DNA of 64,000 nucleotides, from the NCBI GenBank assembly GCA_022605425.2, contig JAKIMF020000011.1, positions 186,001 through 250,000 on the forward strand, given 5' to 3'. Of this stretch, positions 28,005-40,300 are shown piece by piece. Source of the stretch: Hamiltosporidium tvaerminnensis FI-OER-3-3. Taxonomy: Eukaryota > Fungi > Microsporidia. The position numbers were made by a program, and so were the translations under genes. The notes beneath the pieces were generated by a model. It was not told where the DNA came from, searched no databases, and was given only the letters and a program-made list of their open reading frames with translations. The first letter of the stretch is position 1. Each line of letters begins with the position of its first letter.

Positions 28005-29854
28005 TTAAACTTTCCCAATCTTTATTGTTCATGATTTTATTTTGTACTCTTTTATTCTAAAAAAAAAATGTTATTCTCCAACTTCATTTTATTTATAATA
28101 TATTTAAAAAAGGCTGTACAGCCCAATAATATACACTAATATTTTAGATCATTTAATTAGCAAATATCTCTTGGTGTTCTTCTTCTAACATACCTGTAAT
28201 TTCCTCATGTCCTTAAAAAAACCGATGATATGGAATAATGAGATAAACTTTAATTCAATTTTCTATCCGAATCTACTTTGATAAGGTGAATACCTATTTA
28301 TATTAAATAAACGTAGACAACAAAAGATGTATTATTTTTTGTCCTTGTTTTAAAATAAGACTATATACACAATCTTCTGTTTGTAGTTTAAATAAATTTA
28401 GGATCTTCAATTCCTTTGTGATGACTACTAATGTTTTTAATAAGCTGAGTAATTTTTACTTGATGATTCAGTTACTGTTCAACTGAGTTCCGTATACATA
28501 TTTAGCAAAATACAAAATGGAGCAAAGTAGATTAATTTTCGGGTTTCATTAATTTTGAATCTCTGATTTATATATTCTAGCAATTTAGTTTTAGTTTTCT
28601 AAATTCAAGCATTCATCTCTGACCCGATAGTTTTGCAAGAGAACAAAAAATATTTTCATTTATGAATCATATATCGAGTATAAATCTGTATGTCTTTCCC
28701 GATGATTTAAAATCTCTTGTATAAATCGTATTTTGATATTATTTTAACCAAATATTATGTTCGGCATTGTAAATTTCACGATTTATCTTCTGGTCTTTTC
28801 TGAGTATAAATCATCTTAAAATGCCTTTTATTATGTTCTAAACGTTATTTCTTGCTTGTCGCAATAATCTAAAATATTCTATAGTCATCAGTATCAGGTC
28901 TTGGGTTTTTGTTGCATTATTTTATATTCCTCCGTTATTGACACTTATTGTAAATCAGTCACACCATTTTAATCTTTCCAAAGGGTAAAAACTGACTTTA
29001 AGACATAGTTGCATACTAGTCATGTATTTTTTTTGGTTACAATACGCGAAATTAGTAATCAGTTTAGAACCATAATTGCATTTTGTATTAAAATTGCCAT
29101 GATCCGAATAATGGTTTGAAACATCACTATATATCTTTATATTTATCAAGATTACTCTAGTCTTATATATCATACTGCTGCAGAACCTTCCAAGCACGCT
29201 GCCTTTTAAGTATTATATCGATTTTCATGTTCGTTGGAATATAAACTTGCTGTATTTCTTGTAGATTCTTAGTATAATTTTTCGTGGTCTATAATCAGCA
29301 ATATTTATAAGTGCAAAAATTTGTGCATAATCTTACTAATTTCAATATTATATAAATTTTTCTGGTGCCATACGAGAATCAAGTGATTATAGTGGCAATT
29401 TTCGCTGTTTTTCTTTTATTCAAATAATGACTAAACATATACGCGAGTGATGAGAAATTAGAAATTTAAGTCGATTTGTTTTGTTTCTGTCTTTGTATTC
29501 CCTTGCATTGCTATTATTTTGTAGGAAAAAGGCTCTATTACTCATTATAATCTAATACTTTGTTTTAAATAAAGAAAGTATGAAAGATAAAATGAGATTT
29601 CACATTCTTAAAAACTAAAAAATTGATCTTTTAATTCAATTTGTATTTGTTATCAAATTGTTACAAATAAATGACAAAAAGAAATTATTACATCTATATT
29701 CCTTTAAAATAAATATTAATTGTTTTTTAGAATTATTGCAGCAAGTTTTATTTGTATATTAAACACTTTTTTTTGAAATATAAACTTAATTCATTTTTAA
29801 ACAGTTTTTTTGTAAAAATATGCATTTTATTAATTTTTTTAAACAAATTCTTTC

Positions 29855-30391
29855 TTACAGATCTTCTTCTTCATTATTATGATGATGAATCATATGATAC
29901 TTAAGACCATTCAAATTCTTATAGCTTTTATAGCAATCTTTTATTAAACATGGATATTTCTTCTTCATTTCTTGATTTGAATACAAATCTGCACTTTCAT
30001 TTTTTTTAATATCAAAAGATAAATTATTACTTTTATGCGCATGATATAGCACATCTTTATCTATTTCATTTTTAAGATCTTCCGATCTATTATCATGAAA
30101 TTCATACGTATGCTTTACATAACAGTCGAAATCTGTAAAAGTACACCCACAACACGAAAAATTACGTATAAAACGATCTTTCACTCTTTTAATAGTATCA
30201 AAAAAAGAATTATTCCCACCATTTTCTTCTTTAAAATAAGTTTCTCGTTCTGCATCCAACAATGCAGATATCATACACGTATAATCACTTCTCATTATAT
30301 TTTTATCTAATTTTGTAAATGCATGTTTCAACAAAAAGTATTTTTTCCTTCGCACTTCTATATTTTCTTCTTTTAATTTGAATTTTATCAT
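29855..30391 (-). CDS. SFP1: Sfp1-like split C2H2 zinc-finger protein
   Basis: N-terminal FSCCGCTFTDFDCYVKHTYEFH and C-terminal YPCLIKDCYKSYKNLNGLKYHMIHHH match the Sfp1 finger signatures. CCCC motif ~30 nt upstream. Confidence 0.75.
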   Translation of the reverse strand: MIKFKLKEENIEVRRKKYFLLKHAFTKLDKNIMRSDYTCMISALLDAERETYFKEENGGNNSFFDTIKRVKDRFIRNFSCCGCTFTDFDCYVKHTYEFHDNRSEDLKNEIDKDVLYHAHKSNNLSFDIKKNESADLYSNQEMKKKYPCLIKDCYKSYKNLNGLKYHMIHHHNNEEEDL

Positions 30392-30826
30392 TTTCCTTCA
30401 ATTTTTCTTCTTTTTTTCTGGGGCTTATTTTCTAATAATAATTTTTTATATTTTACTATTTTAGGTAAATTAATCATAATATAATCAAAATCAATTTTAA
30501 AAAAAAAAATCATTTAAAATACAAGAAAACTGTAATTAAAAAATAATTTATAAAATAAAATGTATATTAAATTCCCATTTACTTTCCAATTTACATTTTC
30601 TTAAATATTTTACTTCTCATTTCTCATTTGCTTTTTTTAATTTTTAAATTATTAATTTATCAATTTAATTTATTCAATTTAGAAATATTATTAAGTGATA
30701 AATCTGTAAAAAAATGATTTTTTTTAATTTTGAATCAAAAAAATTTCTTTTCTTTTATAATAGGAAATAGTATTTTTATTTGATAAACTAATTATTAAAA
30801 TAGTAAAATATTAAGAAAAATAAAAA

Positions 30827-31421
30827 AAAATTCTGAGTTAAAACATTTTTACCATTTTTATATGTTTTCTTCTACCTCTTTAACCACTTTTGTCTCTTCT
30901 TCCAAATCCGACTCTTTATTTATGTTATTGGTCGGTTCCTCCAAAGTGGTTCCTCCTTGTGAAATAAGGGGTGTATTATTTTTTGGTTTTAAAATTTTAA
31001 CACCATCTTCCTCTCTTTTCGCTTCTTTTAAAGGGGGTATTGGTTCCTCATGCATCTCTGATCTCATAATAACACCCATTGACGCTCTCTCCCAGCTCTC
31101 TTCGGCATTTAGTCCTGACTCAAGTCCTCTTCGTCGATCAAAGGAAATTGTTTCGACTGTTTTCTTAAGTACTATAGACTGAATGTATGCCTCTACATTC
31201 ATGGGTATTTCTAGTCTTTTAAGATGAGATTTATGGTATTTGGTCTCAATACCGTCCCAGGTCATCACATAAGGGATTATCTCAACACTACACTTATAAA
31301 TAAGACCCAACTCATTGGCTAACAGGTCATACTTCCTAAGTTTTTCAGTTTCAACTATTTGAAGTGAATCTTGGGAAGTGATTCCTACTTCAATGGGTGT
31401 TATCTTATTCTTCTTCTTATC
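30827..31421 (-). mobile_element. Young 5'-truncated RLE-type non-LTR retrotransposon copy with TSD
   Basis: Near-identical to ~63065-63660. Flanked by direct repeat TAAGAAAAATAAAAA at 30812-30826 and 31422-31436. Confidence 0.93.
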
Positions 31422-31667
31422 TAAGAAAAATAAAAATAAATATTTTAAAGAATTAAATTTATTTAAATATTCAATCCATTATTAATTTAAATAAAAGAAA
31501 TCCGTAAATAAAAAAGAAAATTTAAAGAATTAAAATATTAAATCCAATATTAATTTAAATAAAGGAAACTATGAACAAAAAAAAATTTATTTTTAAGAAT
31601 TAAATTTATTAAAATATTAATTTAATAAACCCAAGAACAAAAAAAAATTTATTTTTAAGAATTAAAT

Positions 31668-33545
31668 TTATTTAAATAAAAATGGAAATCTTTCATTCCA
31701 TTTACTATCAATAATATCTTTAATTTCTAAATTCATAACCTTTTTAAGTGCTGCTACAAACATAACACCATAATTATCATTCAAAATATTTTTATTTATT
31801 TCTTCTTTTAAAATAAAAATTACTTCTTTAAATATTTCTTCATTTCTTTTACACAACTCAACAACAATTATAAATCTTTCATTTAAAATACAATTTTTTA
31901 AATTTTTTAAAATGTATTTTTCCATTTTTTGAATCAAAAAAGCGGTCGTATTTTTTGAGATTTTATTATTTGTATCTGTTTCCTTTTTAAGTATTTCATT
32001 TGTATCTATTTCTTTATCATTTATTTCTTTAGCTTTACTATCTTCTTCCTTAGATTCTAATTTATTATTCGATTTATTAAATACATTTGCTTCAAAATTT
32101 ATTATCTCATTCTCACTTTGTATTTCATTAAAAAGCATTGGAAAATATTTCTTTTCTTTGTTTAAAATATAGAAATACAACAAAGAAGAATTTTTATGTA
32201 AAAAAAGTTCTTTAAAATTTTTTCTTAAATTTTTATAAAAATATTTTTGTAAATCTTTTTCATTACAAATACTCATCACTCGTAAATAAAATATCACTCC
32301 ATTAGAATCCATCACTATTTTATTAAAATACGGTTTTAAATTTTTAAGAATTTCTTTTTTATCAAAACTTTTTAATAAAATTTTATCTGAAATTTTTATT
32401 CCACTTCTTGTGTGTAATAAATCTACCATAAATTCTTTTAATTCTTTTAAAACTGCTTCTTGTTCGTTTTCATTTAAAGTTTTTAAATGGTAAAATATTA
32501 TATCATGTGCTATTTGATAATTGGTTATTCCTTTTCTAGTAATTTTGTAATAAATTTCATTTAATTTTATTTTTTCTATTGGAATTTCATCCAATTTGTT
32601 TTTATTGAATAATAAATTTATTTCATTTCCCATTAAACTTTTAATAATTTCATTTCTTTCGTGGTATTTTAAAGAAAGATATAAATTATTAAAAATTGAA
32701 ATTCCAATTCTGTCACAAATTAAAATTTTACAATTTTTTTTAAAAATATTTCCTATTTTTTCTCTGATTTTAAAATTTCGTGTAATAAATTTTTCTATTA
32801 TAAATCTTCCGTATCTACAACACGTAAGTTCTATTATTTTATCTTTTATTTCTTCAAAAATGTTTGTGTAAATTTCTACATTTCCATATTTTATAAGAGA
32901 TTGTATTAATTTGGAAAAATCTCTTCTTCTAGAAGCTTTTGAAAATTTTCCTTTCATTTTTTTATAAATTAAATTTATTGAAATATTTCTTTCTGAAGAT
33001 GAAATGTTTTTTAAACGGGCTTTTTCCCATTCTTTTTTTACATCGCTTTCTACATCATCAAGGGATTCATTAGAATTTTTTTTACGATTTTCCTTAGTTT
33101 TTTCATCTTTATTGTGGTTGGATGGTGTTAGAATGTCTTTGGTGTGTTTGTCTTTATTTCCTCTTTCTTTATTATGTTTGGATGGTTTTGATGTGTCTTT
33201 GGTGTGTTTTTCTTTAATATGCCCTTCTTTACTCTGTCTTTCTTTACTATGCCCTTCTTTACTCTGTCTCTCTTTACTATGCCTTTCTTTACTCTGTCTC
33301 TGTATATTATGCCCTTCTTTGCTATGCCCTTCTTTACTCTGTCTTTCTTTACTATGTCTCTCTTTACTCTGTTTGTCTTGTCTTCCATCTTCCCTTCTAC
33401 GCTTGATAATATCTCCTCTGTTACTTCTGTCTTCTTTTGTTCTATTATCTCTGTTCTCTGAATTCTTTTTATGCTTTTTTACTTCATTTTTATTTTTTTG
33501 TTTTCTTTTATGCGTTACTTTGGTTTTTATTTCTTTTACTTTCAT
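31668..33545 (-). CDS. PUF6: Pumilio homology domain protein, Puf6/PUM3-like
   Basis: Basic N-terminus, SKLIQSLIKYG, ELTCCRYGRFIIEKF, MVDLLHTRSG (cf. LxHTxxG). CCC motif before ATG. N-terminal 15-bp (RQSKE/GHSKE) repeat at ~33215-33375. Confidence 0.78.
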   Translation of the reverse strand: MKVKEIKTKVTHKRKQKNKNEVKKHKKNSENRDNRTKEDRSNRGDIIKRRREDGRQDKQSKERHSKERQSKEGHSKEGHNIQRQSKERHSKERQSKEGHSKERQSKEGHIKEKHTKDTSKPSKHNKERGNKDKHTKDILTPSNHNKDEKTKENRKKNSNESLDDVESDVKKEWEKARLKNISSSERNISINLIYKKMKGKFSKASRRRDFSKLIQSLIKYGNVEIYTNIFEEIKDKIIELTCCRYGRFIIEKFITRNFKIREKIGNIFKKNCKILICDRIGISIFNNLYLSLKYHERNEIIKSLMGNEINLLFNKNKLDEIPIEKIKLNEIYYKITRKGITNYQIAHDIIFYHLKTLNENEQEAVLKELKEFMVDLLHTRSGIKISDKILLKSFDKKEILKNLKPYFNKIVMDSNGVIFYLRVMSICNEKDLQKYFYKNLRKNFKELFLHKNSSLLYFYILNKEKKYFPMLFNEIQSENEIINFEANVFNKSNNKLESKEEDSKAKEINDKEIDTNEILKKETDTNNKISKNTTAFLIQKMEKYILKNLKNCILNERFIIVVELCKRNEEIFKEVIFILKEEINKNILNDNYGVMFVAALKKVMNLEIKDIIDSKWNERFPFLFK

Positions 33546-33756
33546 TAAACAGGGTAGAAGAAGAAGGATGTTAATTTAAGAGAAGAAAAAGTAGGAAGAA
33601 GAATTTAGTTAAGAACTGTTAAATATGAAAGAAAGAGAATTTAATATAGATATGAGGTAAAGTAATTGTGTAATATATATGTAATTTATGATACTGGATA
33701 TGAAGAATATTTTAGATTTTTATTTTGTTATATTATTAAAAGAGTTTATTATACCC

Positions 33757-34950
33757 CATGTGAAGATGCTGCTACTCTTATAGAAAATATGGATATGTTT
33801 TGTTTTTATGAATAATTGAAAAAAATAGAAGAGGAAATCAAAGAAGTACTAAATTTAGAATGACAAAGCAAGAGTGAATAGGCTCTGTCACACTAAGTTA
33901 AATGCAATAAATTTATTTTCTGCAATTAATCAACATGCGATATTATTAATCAACTATCATATAGGAGTACTTCAATTTTACATGCTGAATTTCTAAAGCT
34001 GATCGAGTTAGTGTCTTAGTAAATAATAGGTATATAATTGTTTTGAATGTAAACAGTTGTTTTACCATTTGGAATAGAACTTGAAAGAGGTCTTTAATTG
34101 GTGAGCATCAGGGAAAGATTCTGCAGATTTTGTATTTACTGAAAAAAAAATACCAACTATAAGTGCTGCAACTAACAAAGTATAATTTACTAAAGGAACC
34201 AGAATTGGATTACACAAAGGCTTTATAAAAGTAAAATATAAATCGATAGAAATTTTTAGAAAAATTAAAAAACAAAGGCTAAATTGGAATTCCTATATTG
34301 TTTTTTAAAATTGCTTTTAGTATAGTGGACACATCAAGGTGTCTAAAACAAGTAATAAAATACTTTTATACAGGATTATTTTGCTTTATTAAAATATGAA
34401 ATATATTCTAGGGAGCAGAAGGAATGTATCAATGGTGCAAAAACCTTCGTAAAACAGTAGAATAATATAATTTTTAAGAATTTTATATGAGAAAATATAC
34501 AGGCATGACAGAAACGGACAGGATGAAGGAGTTGTTAGAAACCAACACGAACTTTTTCTTGAAAGATCTAAGTGTAAGTCGTTGAGAAAAATTTAGAGTA
34601 ATTCAGTTTAAAAAATTCTCGAAAATGTGTATGGAAATGAGATGTGAACTAAGATAAAAACCGGTATCTGGATTAGAATAATAGATTAATATGTTTGTTT
34701 TAAATAAGAGTAGAGATGAGATAACAATCATTCAAGAAGAAATTACTTACCAAGATTCACTTCAAAAAGTCTTAAAACAAAATCTAAAACATTATTATTT
34801 ACTAGCCAATGATTCGGGTCTTATTTATATGTATAGTCTGGAGACAATCTATATTTTAGAAGAATGTGACAAGAATATCATAAAATAATATAAAAAATAC
34901 TGGAATATACAGCAACTACATATAAGTGTAAAGGCATGCTTTTCTTCGAT
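33757..34950 (+). mobile_element. Old degenerate copy of the RLE-type retrotransposon
   Basis: TGTGAAGATGCTGCTACTCTT and TTAAATGCAATAAATTTATTTTCTGCAATTAATCAACATGCGATAT match 62044-62260. ORF 34691 (FVLNKSRDEITII..QDSLQ..LLANDSGLIY) matches the RLE domain. Many stops. Confidence 0.88.
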
Positions 34951-37169
34951 AATATCAAGAAGGCTTTCGAATCCGTTTACTTGGATCTATGGTGATGACT
35001 TAAATTATAGCAGATACTAGAGAAGTATCATCAAGTGCTATTTGAATAGCTGAAGTACTTAAACAAGCAAAAATTGTTTTATAGTAAGATAAGAACGAAG
35101 TTAGGGTTGTGGAATAAGTAAATATGAAAAACGGTTGCTTCATAGATCGAGGACTTGGCTTTTTTGAAGGAACAAACATTAAAAATACGTTAGAACAGGA
35201 TTTATAAGAAGATTGAAAAAAATATAAAAGAGATGGAACAACATACACAAAAAGATTTAAAATTCTTTTACTATGACCTTAATTTGATAAAGAAAACTTC
35301 AATTAAAATGTAAAACCAAACCTAATACATGTTATGTTTAATTTCTTTCAATTCTATATTCTATGACTCATTTTATTTAAGCCATTTGTCTACTTAATAT
35401 AAATCATTGAATTGTTAGATATGTGCTTCTTACCAAAACGAAACCCTTTATTTCAAGCTTCCTGCTCTGGCAATGTATGTTTTCTTAACATAATTAAGAC
35501 ATTATTAGACCGTTCAATACATAATCAATTGAAAGCTTTCATGTAGAGACATTTCTAAATATTTTACACAAATTAATATACATAGACAGTACTAAGATAT
35601 TTTTATTCAGGAAATAAAGAGAGAGGCACTAAAATAATCTTAAGGCACTAGTATTATAAGATTGAAATAAATGAAACATAAACAAAAACGGTATGATATA
35701 CTTATTTATTTTATTAAAATCAATTCTACATGTCTGAACTTCTATCAAGCATATTTTTATTATGGTCTTTTTGATTTAAAAAAAATACCGAATTTAAAAA
35801 TCTTTCGTAAAATTTTAAATCAATTAAATAATTTCATAGGAATAAAAGATGCAATATTATATCGGAAAGGTATACCTGAGTGTTTCCTTTGTAGTTCAAA
35901 TACATTTTTTTAAAAACAATTCAGCCAATATATATCAAAAATATTACTTAAAAAATGATCTGTTACCGAATATTAAATAAATATTAGATACTTGCAACTC
36001 AAAATTATTGAAATTTTAGTCAATAATACATATCAAAACTATAAAAAAAAGGTTTAAGAAATAGCGCATAGTATTTGAGATTTACAGTCATGAAGACGTA
36101 AAAGAATAAGCCTAAGCCACCATGATATTATCTAACAATATAATATGAATAAATTGTAAGTCATAGCCTACATTATTCAAAAACACGTACTTTTATCAAT
36201 ACTTAGTCTATGTATAGAATAATTTTAAATTTAAAAGTTGAAGCGCAATTTTACTACCTTAGGTTGTCAGAAGATGGATGATATAAAATAATTTTTATCG
36301 TGTCAACAGCCAGGGTTATATTATCTGCATGAACTCTTACTTGTGTATAGAACATAACTAGTAAGATAATCAACAAACAAATCACTGTAATTTTTTTCAA
36401 ACAACCAGATTTTAAAAATACATTTTTCGGAAGAATAATTACATTGAAAAATATAATTAGATTCTTTCTATCAAAGAAAGCTTAAACTAAGATCCAAAAA
36501 CCTTGAATTTGGTTTAAATCACAGAAGACATCTGATGATATTTAAAAAATACCAAATCAATTAAACCAGCTTCATTAAGTTCAGCAATAAAAATACTTAA
36601 AAATAGTAAAAAGTATAATATTACGATCCAACCTCACTATTCATTCCTCAACAATAAAAAGAATCATAGAAATATAATATAAAGAAAACTTCTCATATAT
36701 CAAGTTTTAATAAAAAAAGAAATTTAACCGTTATTCTCAAACAAAGAAGCCAATTTAAATTCAAACATAAATTTTTCCTATTTAGAATAATTCTGTATTA
36801 CACAACCGAAACCTATTAAAATATAAGAGAACATAGAATAACTAAGAAAATATCAGATTTCTTTATATTCGTATTTCCATATTTTATATATATTCTTACT
36901 ATTTTTCTAATTTAAAATTAAAAAGTAAAATCTTTAACAAAAAATAAAACAAAAAGAATTTTAGTTTTTCTTTTAAAGTTTTACATCCTCTTCTCTATCC
37001 AAAGAACCCAAATTATTAATAAAGACAGATATTTGTAAATATATTTATTCTTAATATTTCTATTAAATAACACCCTTTAAACATTTTATTAAATAACACC
37101 CTTTTATTATAGTAAATAAATAACACCTCCTAATCCCTTCTCACCCTTAAATACCCATAATCATTCACC

Positions 37170-37329
37170 TCCTCTATTCTCCTCTTTTACCTCTACTCTC
37201 CTCTTTTACCTCTACTCTCCTCTTTTACCTCTATTCTCCTCTTTTACCTCTATTCTCCTCTTTTACCTCTACTCTCCTCTATCTTCTCACCTCATCTATT
37301 CTCACCTCCTCTATTCTCACCTCCCTCCT
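37170..37329. repeat. 19-bp pyrimidine-rich tandem repeat downstream of GSH1
   Basis: (CTCCTCTTTTACCTCTAYT)n, period 19, decaying toward the stop codon. Confidence 0.9.
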
Positions 37330-40300
37330 CTACTTCTTAACCCTTAAATACTCATAATCATTTACCTCCTCTATCTTCTTAAACTCCTCAATTAACTCAT
37401 TAACAATCTCCTCCCCAACAACACTATCTCTACAATACTTCCTATGATTAACAACAAACCCACGTATCCACTCACTAACACTCATAACCTCTCCACACAC
37501 TTTTTTTCTAATAAATTCCAAATATTTATTTATCCCCTGATTATCACCACAATGTTCTCTTACAAACTTACACACCACATTTAAAATACCAGGATATTCT
37601 CCCACCCCACAAAATATTTCTTTTAAATTACCTTCTTCTATTTTACAAATACCCTTCTCATAAATATTTCTTCTATAATAAAACTTAAGACTATCCACTG
37701 ACAAATCTAATGAGTGACAAATGATATTATTTAATTGGTTGTTCGGTTCGATTTCTACTTTGTTTTTTATTTGGTTTTCTACTTTGATTTTTAATTGGTT
37801 TTTTATTTGGTTTGTATCTATTCCCTCATTTATTTCCTCATTTATTTCCTTATTTATTTCTTTTTTTATTTCTCTAGTATTACCACTATCTCTACTACTA
37901 TCCCTACTACTATCCCTACCACTATCCCTACTACTACCACTACCCTTAAACATATCCCTACTACTATCCCTAAACATATCCCTACCATTATCCCTACTAC
38001 TACACCCACTACTACACCCTCCACTACACTCATACTCCTCTACTCTCCTTCCTAACAGATTAGCTCTTCTAAAATTCTCATCAACAAAACTAATCGGTAA
38101 ATATAAATTCAACTGATAAGAAATAACAGCACGACTTAATAAAACTACAAAAACACAAAAAGCTGAATTTTCAAAACATGTTGGTTGTAACTCCATTGGT
38201 CTTATTTCTACTTTCCAACCACTCATATCACCACCTGTTATATCAGGTAATTTAAATCTCATACTTCTCCAATTGGAGCTTTGAATATTCTCAAACTCAT
38301 CAAGACAAGGAACAGGGTTATTTAGATGGTTGTTATTGTTTAGAAGGTTGTTATTAGAAGGGTTATTACTAATATAGGAGTTAGTAGTATAAGGGTTACT
38401 AGTATAAGGGTTACCAGTATAAGGGTTACTAGTATAAGGGTTACTAGTATAAGGGTTACTAATATAAGGGTTACTAGTATAAGGGTTACTAATATCCTTA
38501 GTACCATTATCACTAGTATTACTATTATCACTATTATCACTAGTATTACTAATATCTAAATTATCACTAGTATTACTAATATCTAAATTATTACTAATAT
38601 CACCACTAATATTACTAATATCTAAATTATTACTAATATCTAAATTATCACCACTAGTATTATCCCTTTTTATATCTCTGCTACTACACTCCATTCTCTT
38701 CTTCATCTCTTCTATTCTACTTATACTGTCTTCATATACAAGTATAGGGTCTCTAATGAATAGAGAACTGATATGTTTTGACATTAAAATATCTACTTTA
38801 TTATTTATAAGTAAATTATAACATTCTATATTTAAAGGTACTTTAATATCATTATATTCTTTAAGGTTTAATTCTGATTGTGAAATGAACATATCAATAG
38901 AAGAGAATCTACTTTTAAAGATACGTTGTGTGGTGGTAGGTGGGGGGTGGTTATTAGAGGGGTTGTTAGGGGGGTGTTGTGTATTAGTAGTGTTATTAAG
39001 GGGGTTTTGTTTAGTAGTGTTGTTAAGGGGGTGTTTATTAGTACTGTTGTTAAGACCCTGTTGTTTATCAGTACTAGTGTTATCACCCTGTTGTTTATTA
39101 GTACTAGTGTTAAGACCCTGTTGTTTATCAGTACTAGTGTTATCACCCTGTTGTTTATTAGTACTAGTGTTAAGACCCTTTATATAAGACTCCTTATTAT
39201 TAAGACCCTGTTGTTTATTAGTACTAGTGTTAAGACCCTGTTGTTTATTAGTACTGGTGATAACACCCTTTATATAAGACTCCTTATTATTAAGACCCTG
39301 TTGTTTATTAGTACTAGTGTTAAGACCCTGTTGTTTATCAGTACTGGTGTTAAGACCCTTTATATTACTACCACTGTCGTTAACACCCTTTATATTACTA
39401 TCACTCTCATTAACACCCCCTACTCCTATACCTTTATCATTAACACCCTTTATATTACTACCACTGGTATTAACACCCTTTATATTACTACCACTCGCAT
39501 TAACACCCCCTACTCCTATACCTTTATTATTAACACCCCTGTTACACATACCACACTCACATCCGTCAAACCCTGATCTTTCGTAGGGCGACCCTCTCTC
39601 ACTATCAGTTCTACAATCAACACTATACACTAACATATCCCATCGTGTCTCAGTATTAAGTAACCTACCTTGTGCTATAGGAGTAGCACGTGTTAGTCTT
39701 AACAGTAATGGACACATTACAGCTAACTGGTCGTATATAAGACGTGCTTCTTCTAGTTCTGAAGCTTGTAGTGTTACTTGTAAGCAACAACACCCCATTC
39801 CTTGACCCATACTGTCTATTAAGATACCGTTAACACGTCTAGTATTAGAATTGGTATTTTGGGTGTTAGAACGGTATTTGTTAGGTGTGTTACTAAAGGG
39901 GTGTTGTTTATTAGTACTGGTATTAACACCCTCTAAACTATACTCTCTATCATTAACAGGGTTATAATTACTATTCCTATCATTAACACCCTCTAAATTA
40001 CTATCCTTATCATTAACACCCTCTAAATTACTATCCTTATCATTAACACCCTCTAAATTACTATCCCTGTTATTAACACCCTCTAAATTACTATCCTTGT
40101 TATTAACACCCTCTAAATTACTATCCCTGTTATTAACACCCTCTAAATTACTATCCTTATCATTAACACCCTCCATCAAATCCTTTGTATTAATACCCTC
40201 TATACCCCCTACCTCTCTCCTATAAATAACACCCTCCCCTATTTTACCCACTACAGTTGTCATATCCGTATTCCTATCTCTCATTATACTAATATAACCT

